Source: Bdellovibrionota bacterium
Lineage (GTDB): Bacteria; Bdellovibrionota_C; UBA2361; OMII01
DNA length: 64,000 bases
Assembly (NCBI GenBank): GCA_044345405.1
Contig: JBIJBE010000019.1
Location: 1 to 64,000, forward strand
Direction of reading: 5' to 3'
Shown here: piece by piece, positions 29,518 through 37,990 of the stretch
How positions within the stretch are numbered: the first letter of the stretch is position 1
How the letters are laid out: each line of letters begins with the position of its first letter
The notes under the pieces: generated by a model
Told to the model about the DNA's origin: nothing
The model's database searches: none
What the model saw: the letters and a program-made list of their open reading frames with translations, nothing else
Program-made: the position numbers and the translations under genes

Positions 29518-31860
29518 CTATATCCTCTTCGATTGCGCGATTCGAATCAGCTGTTCGGCGTCTACTCGCATCGCTGCCCCCGTTGGACACGCTCGAACAC
29601 ATGCCGGACCACCGGATAACTCATGGCACTGATCACACTTAGCTGCCTTTGCGGGGCCCTCAACGACCTCACCGAATCCGAGCCATGCCAGAAGTGAGTT
29701 CCCCTTCCGAACGTGCTCGTGGGTGATGTGTATGACACCGTATGGACAATTACCCACACAATTACCGCATCCGATACATGAGTCCTTGATAATAACCTCG
29801 CCGTTCGGGAGCCGGACCAGCGCGTCGGGAGGGCAATCGAGCATGCATAACGGGTTCTCGCAGTGACGGCACGAGATAGGAAGCTGAATCGAGGCGAAGC
29901 TCTTGCCACCCCGTCGATCGAGTCGTGAATGCCCACCGTGCGTCGCGGCGCACGCGGCTTCACAATTATCACACGCGACGCAGAGGTCGGAATCAATCAG
30001 AAGAACGTTCTCCGCGTCCGTTAAGCCCTCTGTGGCCATGAAGTCGAGGAGCGATCCTGATTTTTCATCCCAGTTCGTCACCACGTTCTCAACCTTTCGC
30101 TCCTGCGCGATTCGGGATATCCGCTCACGCGCCGCGGGGAAGGCGCGAAGGAGGTCGAGAAAATCCCCCTTCTCAATAAGAATAGTCTCGCAGCCAACCG
30201 CAGCCGTTACCGTGGCAGATCGAGGCATCTCCTTCTCAGAGAGAATAGACATCTCCCCCACATAGTGTCCCGCCGCTATGTACGTTTGCGCGACATCGAC
30301 ACCGGCTCGGTTTCTCCGCGATATCTTTACCGAGCCCTTACGAATAACGTAGAGGGCATCTCCAATATCCCCCTCTTTGAAGAGCGCTTCTCCCTTTTTG
30401 AAACTCTTCATCTTGGCTCGCTTCACCAGCGCCTCAAGGAAGCCACGCTCAACCTCCGGAAATATGGAGGTCTGAAGAGCTCGAAGGATAAACACCTCAT
30501 CCAATGACCGACGCACCGATTTCACCGATGCCATGAGCTTAAGGATCTGTTTCCGTGGCGTCTCAAGGAGGATCGCCCCACGGTCACTCACTCGCGCGGT
30601 AGCGGTTCTGCGCCTCCCGGAGATCAGTCCCATCTCTCCAAAGAAATCACCCGCCTCAAGGGTAACGACTCGATGAGGCGCGACCTCGATCTCAACCGCG
30701 CCCTCGACAACGCTCCAGAAGGTGTCAGTGTGGTCGTTCCTCTCAAACACGACCTCCCTCGGCGATTTTACGTGGAATGTCGAATCGATGATCATTTCGC
30801 GCGTTTGAGGGGCGCTCAGATCCGAGAAGAGCGGGAGACTACCGGTGACCTTTTCGAAGTTTTTTTCGAATCCTCCTGGGAGGCTCTTGAAGCGCTCCTC
30901 CAATAGGGGTTGGTCAGCCGGCTCAACGGCCACACCTCGGATATGCTCGATCACCTCGTATCCTTGGTTGATCGCCTGCTTGATTAAGGGATATCCAATG
31001 AGCGCCCCGAGGATGAAGAGATTGGGAACGTTTGACTCGTAGCGAGCGGACACCCTCGGCACCGCGGTGGATTCCTCACTCGGAAACTCTACCCCGATCG
31101 ATTCCAAAAAACCCCGAGGCAGAACGCAGCCGAGACGAGCGATTACGTGATCACACGGGATAGCTATCTCACCATTCGGTGTCGAGACGGTAAGCACGTT
31201 TGACTCAACGCGAGCGACGACTGAATTGTAATAGCAGCGAATCTTGCCACTCTCTATCGCGGTCAGGGCCAACTTCGCGTTCGCCTCCTTCGCTCGGGCG
31301 AATTCCTCACCCCGGTTGAGTAACGAAACCGTATTGTGAACGCTCAACGCCAAAGCGTTCTCTATGGCCGCGTCGCCAGCTCCCACCACGACGATGTGGC
31401 GCCCTTTAAAGGCGTCCGGATCCGAGAGCGTGTACGCCACATGCGGCGAGTCGCCGCCCGGCGCGGTCACCTTTCGAGGAGAACCTTGAACGCCGATACT
31501 CAGGACAACGTGGGTAGCGGTGCAGATAAAACCGTCGTAGTGAATCTCAAAGTTCTCTCCCACCTTGGAGATCTTCGTGACCTCCCCTTTGACGAGATTG
31601 ACGGAGTGGGAGGCCAGGTCAGACGCGAACTCCTTAAGGATCTTCTCTCTACTCCCCGCCTCGAACCGACACCGCGCGCGAAGGGGAAGCTTGGAAGGCT
31701 CCGCCATAACATGCTTGCGGAGCTGATAGTCGTGAATGGTGTTGGCGATCTCTCCCTTCTCAATGAGGATATGTGAGAGCTTATGGTGGGCGGCGTTTGT
31801 AGCGGCTCCGATACCCGCGGGCCCTGCCCCAATTATCGCGACGTCGAAGTGCTCTGTCAT
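29518..31860 (-). CDS. FAD/NAD(P)H oxidoreductase fused to two cNMP-binding domains and a 4x[4Fe-4S] ferredoxin domain
   Basis: GAGPAG and GAGDAA Rossmann motifs with no TrxR CxxC; cNMP cassettes FGEMGL..RTA and VGEMSI..RSA; four Cys groups CVACDNCEAAC, CRHCENPLCMLDCP, CIGCGNCVGNCP, CDQC..PACVRACP (DmsB/NrfC pattern). Confidence 0.92.
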   Translation of the reverse strand: MTEHFDVAIIGAGPAGIGAATNAAHHKLSHILIEKGEIANTIHDYQLRKHVMAEPSKLPLRARCRFEAGSREKILKEFASDLASHSVNLVKGEVTKISKVGENFEIHYDGFICTATHVVLSIGVQGSPRKVTAPGGDSPHVAYTLSDPDAFKGRHIVVVGAGDAAIENALALSVHNTVSLLNRGEEFARAKEANAKLALTAIESGKIRCYYNSVVARVESNVLTVSTPNGEIAIPCDHVIARLGCVLPRGFLESIGVEFPSEESTAVPRVSARYESNVPNLFILGALIGYPLIKQAINQGYEVIEHIRGVAVEPADQPLLEERFKSLPGGFEKNFEKVTGSLPLFSDLSAPQTREMIIDSTFHVKSPREVVFERNDHTDTFWSVVEGAVEIEVAPHRVVTLEAGDFFGEMGLISGRRRTATARVSDRGAILLETPRKQILKLMASVKSVRRSLDEVFILRALQTSIFPEVERGFLEALVKRAKMKSFKKGEALFKEGDIGDALYVIRKGSVKISRRNRAGVDVAQTYIAAGHYVGEMSILSEKEMPRSATVTAAVGCETILIEKGDFLDLLRAFPAARERISRIAQERKVENVVTNWDEKSGSLLDFMATEGLTDAENVLLIDSDLCVACDNCEAACAATHGGHSRLDRRGGKSFASIQLPISCRHCENPLCMLDCPPDALVRLPNGEVIIKDSCIGCGNCVGNCPYGVIHITHEHVRKGNSLLAWLGFGEVVEGPAKAAKCDQCHELSGGPACVRACPTGAAMRVDAEQLIRIAQSKRI

Positions 31861-32073
31861 GAACCGTGGGCCGTACCGCCTATAAAAACTGATCGGCTGA
31901 ATAGTAGTACGTCCCTAAGGTTTCTTAAAGAATGTTTAGCGTGGTTTTGATCTTCCGGCGTACCTGACCGGCCCGTTCACCTACGAAATCGGGAATTGCG
32001 ATCCGCCTAGTCCTGTGAAGTATACTGGTGCCACTACAAGAGGCCGCACTAACCGATCGCTCACCGCTAACCG

Positions 32074-33366
32074 ATGACACCCACCCTAACGAAACACCTG
32101 TATGCGACCGCTCTACTCCTAGCCGTGGGAATGCTATCCGCTGAGGCCACACCCCAACCTGTAGGGCCCGGGTCATGCTCCTCCTCGAACTGCCACGGGG
32201 CCATCAAGCCCCTTAACTCATCGAATGTACTACAAAATGAATACATTACCTGGAGTCGTCACGACCGACACGCTCGGGCGTACCTTACCCTCCAAAGCGC
32301 CGACTCAAAGAAGATAGCCTCCAACCTCGATATCGGAGATCCAACAAAAGCCCCCCTCTGCCTCTCCTGCCACTCGATGGATACACGGTCACTAGCCTCA
32401 ACGAGCGACAAAGTTCGGGCTGAAGATGGGGTATCCTGTGAAGCGTGCCACGGCCCCGCCGAGAGGTACCTTAAGAGCCACGCCGTCACCGGAGCCTCAC
32501 ATTCAGGGAACGTCGCAAATGGGCTTACCGATCTCTCGAATATCCACACGCGAGCCACCTTGTGCCTCTCCTGTCACTTCGGCACCGAGGATAAAACCGT
32601 CAACCATACCCTCTACGGAGCCGGACATCCCCGACTCACCTTTGAGCTCGATACCTTCGGGGTTCTTCAACCAAAACATTGGGTCGTCGACGCTGATTAC
32701 GAGCGCAGAAAGGGGCCATACATCCCCGCGCGCGCGTGGCTCATCGGACAGCTCCACCACGCGGAGGCCGCTCTCGATGCCCTTGAATCCCCGACTCGAT
32801 CGAGGAACGGCAACCTGCCAGAGCTGAGCCTCTTCGATTGCTATTCATGTCACCACAGTCTGAGCGAACGTCAGTGGAAGAAACGTAACTACGGCGGAAA
32901 GCCGGGTCGACTCAAACTGAACCTCCCTGCGCTCGTGACGGTTCAGGCAGCCACCAAGGCGGTAAATACGCCGCTTGGGGAGGAGCTCACGGAACAGATA
33001 CGCGCGGTGCACGATACGTTTGCTCAGGACTCGGCTCAGGTGGCGATAGACTCTCTTCAGGACACCCTCACAACGAAGGTGGGACCTCTCTTTGAGCGTC
33101 TTACCATCGACCATTCGACCGGCGGTCACATCCTCGCCGGCCTGGCACAGTGTGCCGCGAACACGCAATCACCTACCTTCGAGTTGGCGGAGCAGCTCGC
33201 GATGGGAATGCAGGCGACCGTTGCCTCATCTCCGGAGCTTGCCAAGCGATATGACGCGCCCCTGAAGCAGCTTTTCATCTCACTGAAGAACGCCGAAGCA
33301 TTTAATCCCGAGGCGTTTAGACGCGCGGCGAGCGCCTTTAATCGTCTAGCCTCTCAGGTGCGGTAG
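32074..33366 (+). CDS. Multiheme cytochrome c554-like protein (5 predicted hemes)
   Basis: Signal peptide; VGPGSCSSSNCH (CX4CH), CLSCH, GVSCEACHGP, CLSCH, CYSCH. Confidence 0.87.
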   Translation: MTPTLTKHLYATALLLAVGMLSAEATPQPVGPGSCSSSNCHGAIKPLNSSNVLQNEYITWSRHDRHARAYLTLQSADSKKIASNLDIGDPTKAPLCLSCHSMDTRSLASTSDKVRAEDGVSCEACHGPAERYLKSHAVTGASHSGNVANGLTDLSNIHTRATLCLSCHFGTEDKTVNHTLYGAGHPRLTFELDTFGVLQPKHWVVDADYERRKGPYIPARAWLIGQLHHAEAALDALESPTRSRNGNLPELSLFDCYSCHHSLSERQWKKRNYGGKPGRLKLNLPALVTVQAATKAVNTPLGEELTEQIRAVHDTFAQDSAQVAIDSLQDTLTTKVGPLFERLTIDHSTGGHILAGLAQCAANTQSPTFELAEQLAMGMQATVASSPELAKRYDAPLKQLFISLKNAEAFNPEAFRRAASAFNRLASQVR

Positions 33367-33372
33367 CACGAT

Positions 33373-34086
33373 ATGAACCTCGAGAACCTACCCCTCTCCC
33401 CAACCTGGCAAACGGACGAAGTCCCAAAGTTGTTGCATCAAACCGCTCCAGCTGACCGCTCAAAGTGGCATCCGCTCTGGGAGCGATGTCAGCGCACGTG
33501 GGCTCCCCATTTCCCGGACCACACCTACAAGCTCTGGACGGACGAGGATATCGACGAGTTTATGAGAACTCGATTCCCTCAGTTCTATCCGATGTTCGCG
33601 GGATTTCGATATCAGATACACCGAGTCGACGCTTTCCGGTATTTCTTGCTCTATGAGCTCGGAGGGATTTACGTCGACATGGATTATGAGTGCGTAAAAA
33701 ATTTCGAGCACCTCTTGCCGAAGGGGAAGGTGAGCATCGCCGAGAACATGCACTGGCCGGAGCGTTTTCAAAACGCGCTCATGGCGTCACCACCGAGACA
33801 TCCATTCTGGATTTACACACTGGACGCGTTGCGAACATGCTACACCAACCAGATGGATCCCTCATTCTTTCGAAGCGTTCTCAACACAGCGGGACCGGGT
33901 ATGATTGAGCTAGCGACCCAAAACGCTCCCGCCGAGTACATCAACGCTCTACCCAAGAAACAGTTCTCCTTCTTCGAAAAGGAGCATTCGGCGTTTGAGC
34001 TTGATCGCACCGAACTTACGAGATTAACAGAGAGCGACGTCTACGCCGCGCACCACTGCACCGTGACGTGGACAAAACCATCGTAA
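33373..34086 (+). CDS. GT32 (OCH1/SUR1-like) DxD glycosyltransferase
   Basis: VPKLLHQT, YKLWTDED, DAFRYFLLYELGGIYVDMD, NALMASPPRHPFW. Confidence 0.88.
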   Translation: MNLENLPLSPTWQTDEVPKLLHQTAPADRSKWHPLWERCQRTWAPHFPDHTYKLWTDEDIDEFMRTRFPQFYPMFAGFRYQIHRVDAFRYFLLYELGGIYVDMDYECVKNFEHLLPKGKVSIAENMHWPERFQNALMASPPRHPFWIYTLDALRTCYTNQMDPSFFRSVLNTAGPGMIELATQNAPAEYINALPKKQFSFFEKEHSAFELDRTELTRLTESDVYAAHHCTVTWTKPS

Positions 34087-34092
34087 CCACGT

Positions 34093-34746
34093 ATGCGAGA
34101 CCTAACTCAATTTTCGTCGTATCGAGCTGGCAAACGGAGCTATTCCGAGGCGGGACAAGATCTCTTCGCGCTCTTCATCCTCAACGAAAAACGTGGCGGC
34201 TACTTTGTGGATTTCGGCGCCGGCAACGGCATTCTCAACAGCAACTCCTACCTCCTCGAATCCGAATTCGGCTGGAATGGAATCGTGTGCGAGCCGTGCA
34301 AACATCACCACGTCGATCTTCGCGCCAATCGGGCATGTTCAATTGATCTACGATGCGTCCACACAACCACCAACGCTACCGTTGAGTTCGTGGAGGCGCA
34401 TGATAAGGGCCTCTCAACGATTACGCATTACGTTGAGAGCGATCAGTGGAGCGAGAAGCGCAAAGAGGGAGCCGTCCGATACAGGGTCGATACCGTAACC
34501 CTGAACGACCTCCTCACCCACCACCACGCTCCAGCGGAGATCGACTACCTCTCTATAGACACCGAGGGATCGGAGTTTCATATCCTCTGTCACTACGACT
34601 TCTCACACCGACCAAAGGTGGTAACGATCGAGCACAACAACAACGCCTACCGAGGGGGCATTCGAGATCTTATGGCCCGCCGCGGATACACGCGAGTGCT
34701 GGAGGGGGTTTGCTCGTGGGAGGATTGGTACATTTTCGAAACGTGA
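34093..34746 (+). CDS. FkbM-family methyltransferase
   Basis: YSEAGQD, GYFVDFGAGNG..SNSY, GWNGIVCEP, IDYLSIDTEGSE. Confidence 0.88.
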   Translation: MRDLTQFSSYRAGKRSYSEAGQDLFALFILNEKRGGYFVDFGAGNGILNSNSYLLESEFGWNGIVCEPCKHHHVDLRANRACSIDLRCVHTTTNATVEFVEAHDKGLSTITHYVESDQWSEKRKEGAVRYRVDTVTLNDLLTHHHAPAEIDYLSIDTEGSEFHILCHYDFSHRPKVVTIEHNNNAYRGGIRDLMARRGYTRVLEGVCSWEDWYIFET

Positions 34747-34820
34747 GCTCCCTCTTCATACCGGGAACGGCGAGATTGAGAGAACTCAAAGGAGCTATAT
34801 TCTAGAGATAGAAGAGAGAG

Positions 34821-34864
34821 AAAAGGGACCGGCGGTCTTGGATAAGCCAAAACCGCCGGTCTTT
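34821..34864. terminator. Intrinsic terminator, probably bidirectional
   Basis: Stem GACCGGCGGTcTTGG / CCAAaACCGCCGGTC (34827-34861) with a 5-nt loop, flanked by AAAA and TTT, between convergent genes. Confidence 0.75.
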
Positions 34865-34947
34865 GTGCGAGTGATTCATAGGCGCATGGTGTTTAGGACG
34901 TCATAGGAGGAAACGCTACGCGGGTTCGGAGCGTCTCGCTATCTCTG

Positions 34948-35190
34948 TCAGGACTCGAATCCGGAGAGGAGACACGTCCCCACAATAAGGAATACCGGGA
35001 AGGCCCAGTTCCAGGCATCAGGCCAAAAAGCCGTGACCGCCCAACCGAGCGCGATACCAGCATGCCAGAAGCCCGCTCGCAGGGACTTCTTACTCCCGGT
35101 CACCCTCGCCTTCATGACCGTCACGATGCTCAACACCAGCGACACGATTGCACACGCAATCGTAACCACGAACATTACCTTTGGGTTCAC
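34948..35190 (-). CDS. Small membrane protein (80 aa)
   Basis: Three hydrophobic segments; purine-rich RBS-like sequence upstream; followed by the terminator. Confidence 0.6.
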   Translation of the reverse strand: MNPKVMFVVTIACAIVSLVLSIVTVMKARVTGSKKSLRAGFWHAGIALGWAVTAFWPDAWNWAFPVFLIVGTCLLSGFES

Positions 35191-35407
35191 AACTAACCTT
35201 TCTCTTTAACCTCCGCCTTCATTGACGGAAGCTTCCAACTCACGCTCGAAGCTTCCGTCCGAAGTTCTCTCTTCTACCCCTAGAAAATATAGCGACGAGA
35301 ACGCTAGCAGGGCTCCCTCAGGGAAAAAAGGTAGACTCCTGCACGTAACAGGTTGAAGTAGAGCGTTTAGGAAGGTTTCAAAAACAGGATAGCGGAGAAA
35401 TCTCTCT

Positions 35408-36346
35408 CTAGAGCCACTCGAAACGGGGGCACATCCAACGTGTCGCCTCGCGCTGACCCATAATCATCTTACACTCGAGGGTTGGCTTTCCGAATAGCTC
35501 CCGGAACAACGGAGCCTCAGGATCGCGGAGGCTAATCTCGAGAAGTATGGAGCTCTCCCCGAACCCGTCAGAATGAGATACACACCGAGTGATTACGTCG
35601 TGGCAAACAAAATCGGCAAAGGATTCGCGCTCGCCACTCTCGAGCGATACGCCGACAAACCGCTGCAACTCTCGCGACCAAAGATGATGAAGAAGCGACG
35701 CCTGGGGGCCGCCACGAATGGCCGTTAGAAAGTGCTCTACTATCTCCCGCTCGCACTCTGGCGTGGCGAAGATATCGATCGCTCCCTCGTCCGCGCCACC
35801 AATGAGGAGCACCCTCGCCTCCCCCTCGAAGAATCGCTCATAGCGATCCGCGTCTTCAATCTCTTCGGTAACGCGCGAACCATCATATCGCTCGAGCAAG
35901 GCCAGATTCGGAACCACAAACACCCCTGACGAGGCGTCTTGATAACTCATCCAACCCACAATCTTGCTATCCTCGCTCAGGTATCGAGAGCAGGTCCGCA
36001 GCTCAAGCACTCCTCGATCGCCACCCTCCGACTCCTGAAACGAGTACCTCTCTCCAGCCATCATGACCCCGTGAACCACACCCTGGAGCTCCTCAATCGT
36101 GCGCATCGATCGGGAGGGCCGATCACCAAGCACCATCCGATATTCGCTCGCGAAGAGATCGTCTGGAGATTCTCGAATAGCTTGCGGAGACACAACAGGA
36201 GACACCGTAACATCGGAGAGATCGATCTGCGTTGTATCACAACGGTACGACCCAAAGTCCGCTCCCACTACGGAGCCGGCCGTCACATAAGACACGTTCT
36301 GAAGATCATCTGGAGAGCGCCCAGTGGCGCGATCGTCATGAGGCAT
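35408..36346 (-). CDS. Hypothetical protein
   Basis: 312-aa acidic ORF downstream of murE on the same strand; no recognisable motif. Confidence 0.6.
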   Translation of the reverse strand: MPHDDRATGRSPDDLQNVSYVTAGSVVGADFGSYRCDTTQIDLSDVTVSPVVSPQAIRESPDDLFASEYRMVLGDRPSRSMRTIEELQGVVHGVMMAGERYSFQESEGGDRGVLELRTCSRYLSEDSKIVGWMSYQDASSGVFVVPNLALLERYDGSRVTEEIEDADRYERFFEGEARVLLIGGADEGAIDIFATPECEREIVEHFLTAIRGGPQASLLHHLWSRELQRFVGVSLESGERESFADFVCHDVITRCVSHSDGFGESSILLEISLRDPEAPLFRELFGKPTLECKMIMGQREATRWMCPRFEWL

Positions 36347-36426
36347 GCGTACACTTATAGGGCCCGAAACATTTCGGTCAGCGAAAGCCTAGCGTACTCC
36401 GAAGTCTCAACGGTTCAAAGATTTTT

Positions 36427-37911
36427 TTAGGAGCGGGCCGTAAGCGCCTTACGGGCCTCCTCCTGATCCGAGAAGTGAATCCGTGAAGTTCCGAGTATCT
36501 GGTAGTTCTCGTGCCCCTTTCCAGCGATTACGATGGTATCGTCGGGAGCGGCCTCGTGCGCCACCCGCTCGATCGCGCTCCCTCGGTCGATATCAACTAT
36601 TGCTGGGGTAATACCGGACTCTAAGATATCATTAATAATAGCCTGAGGATCCTCGGTGCGAGGGTTATCAGAGGTAACGACCACCTTGTCCGCGCACGCC
36701 GCCGCGATCTTCGCCATTTCAGGTCGCTTTCCTTTATCTCGATCGCCACCGCATCCAAAGACACACCATAGGGATCCAACGGTCGACACTCGCACGGCTC
36801 GCAACACACGCTCTAACGCGTCCGGCGTGTGAGCGTAATCCACGAACACCCGGGGACTCCCCTCTCCTACCCGCTCAAGCCGACCCGAGACCTGCGGCGA
36901 AACTCGCAGCGCCTCGGCGACCTCAGACTCCGGATATCCGAGCCCTACCAGGGACGCGAACGCCGCGACCACGTTCTCCGCGTTGTGAGGGCCGATAAAA
37001 GGCGCTGACACCACACAGGTGCGCGCGCTCTCCCGCAATCCTATCTCAATTTCCATCGCCCGCGGTGTCTCATCGACACGAAGAATACGGAACGCGGCGC
37101 GCTCATCCCTTCCGAACGAGAGATCCCGTAACCCCATCTCAACGCATCGACGCCACAACGCAAGGCCATACGTATCATCAATGTTTATCACCGCGCCCTT
37201 GGTCGGTTTGTGGCCCGATCTGATAAGCTCAAAGAGATGACTCTTCGCGTTGAAGTAGTGCTCAAATGTCTTGTGATAATCGAGGTGGTCACGGGTCAGG
37301 TTTGTGAAGACACCGATATCAAAGGCGACATCCTCAACACGAGCTTGATCGAGCGCGTGCGAGGAGGTCTCCATCACACACGCGCTGGCTCCCGCAGCTA
37401 ACGCCTCAGCCATCACCTCGTGGAGCGAAACGGGATCGGGGCTCGTGAGCATCCCATCTCGGGTAGCTCCTCCAAGATATTCAGTACCGAGGGTTCCGAT
37501 CCGGAGAGCCCCGGCACCTATCGTGTTGAGAGCGTGATAGATGATCCAGTTCGTCGTGGTTTTGCCGTTCGTCCCCGTAATCCCTATCACCCGCATGAGG
37601 CGGGATGGCTCTCCCCGCAGATAGCTCGCTACGCGGCTTAACGCGAGACGAGAGTTCTTGACGACGATGCCGGGCCGCCCCTTGAGCACTTCCGGGTCCT
37701 CAACGATCGCCACACCCGCACCACGTGTGAAGGCGTCATCCACGAAGGAGTGCCCATCAGCGGCGTTTCCCCGAATGGCGACGAAGATCCGCCCTTGCTC
37801 GACCTGTGCGCTGGACGCTGAAAGGCCTCCAGTGACACGAGTGTCCCCGTTCGTGTTAACGAGGGTGCCATTGACCTGTTCGGCTACCTGCGAAATCGAA
37901 ACCTCAATCAT
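36427..37911 (-). CDS. murE: UDP-N-acetylmuramoyl-L-alanyl-D-glutamate--2,6-diaminopimelate ligase
   Basis: GITGTNGKTT, METSSHALDQ, FTNLTRDHLDYH, VDYAHTPDAL, FGCGGDRD, DNPR (meso-DAP specificity), AGKGHE. Confidence 0.96.
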   Translation of the reverse strand: MIEVSISQVAEQVNGTLVNTNGDTRVTGGLSASSAQVEQGRIFVAIRGNAADGHSFVDDAFTRGAGVAIVEDPEVLKGRPGIVVKNSRLALSRVASYLRGEPSRLMRVIGITGTNGKTTTNWIIYHALNTIGAGALRIGTLGTEYLGGATRDGMLTSPDPVSLHEVMAEALAAGASACVMETSSHALDQARVEDVAFDIGVFTNLTRDHLDYHKTFEHYFNAKSHLFELIRSGHKPTKGAVINIDDTYGLALWRRCVEMGLRDLSFGRDERAAFRILRVDETPRAMEIEIGLRESARTCVVSAPFIGPHNAENVVAAFASLVGLGYPESEVAEALRVSPQVSGRLERVGEGSPRVFVDYAHTPDALERVLRAVRVSTVGSLWCVFGCGGDRDKGKRPEMAKIAAACADKVVVTSDNPRTEDPQAIINDILESGITPAIVDIDRGSAIERVAHEAAPDDTIVIAGKGHENYQILGTSRIHFSDQEEARKALTARS

Positions 37912-37990
37912 GATCACGGTTTTACCCCGTCTTAGGTGAAGGGGAAATACAATGGTGATATTTCACGTAATCCAAGCATATCCGCTCCTC

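Noticed and set aside
29621-29640. CDQCH in the 780-aa protein as a heme c site
   Set aside because: It belongs to the fourth Fe-S Cys group (CxxC...CxxxCP) of a cytoplasmic protein with no signal peptide.
31861-32073. CRP/FNR site in the divergent promoter of the multiheme genes
   Set aside because: Only isolated half-sites (TGTGA, TTGAT) without the matching inverted half.
32074-33366. c554-like gene as evidence of ammonia oxidation or anammox
   Set aside because: No hao, amo, cycB or hzs genes in the window; the c554-like domain is widespread.
10687-36426. Calling the murE-mraY insert a mobile genomic island
   Set aside because: No integrase, transposase, tRNA target or flanking direct repeats were seen, and no compositional shift is obvious by eye.
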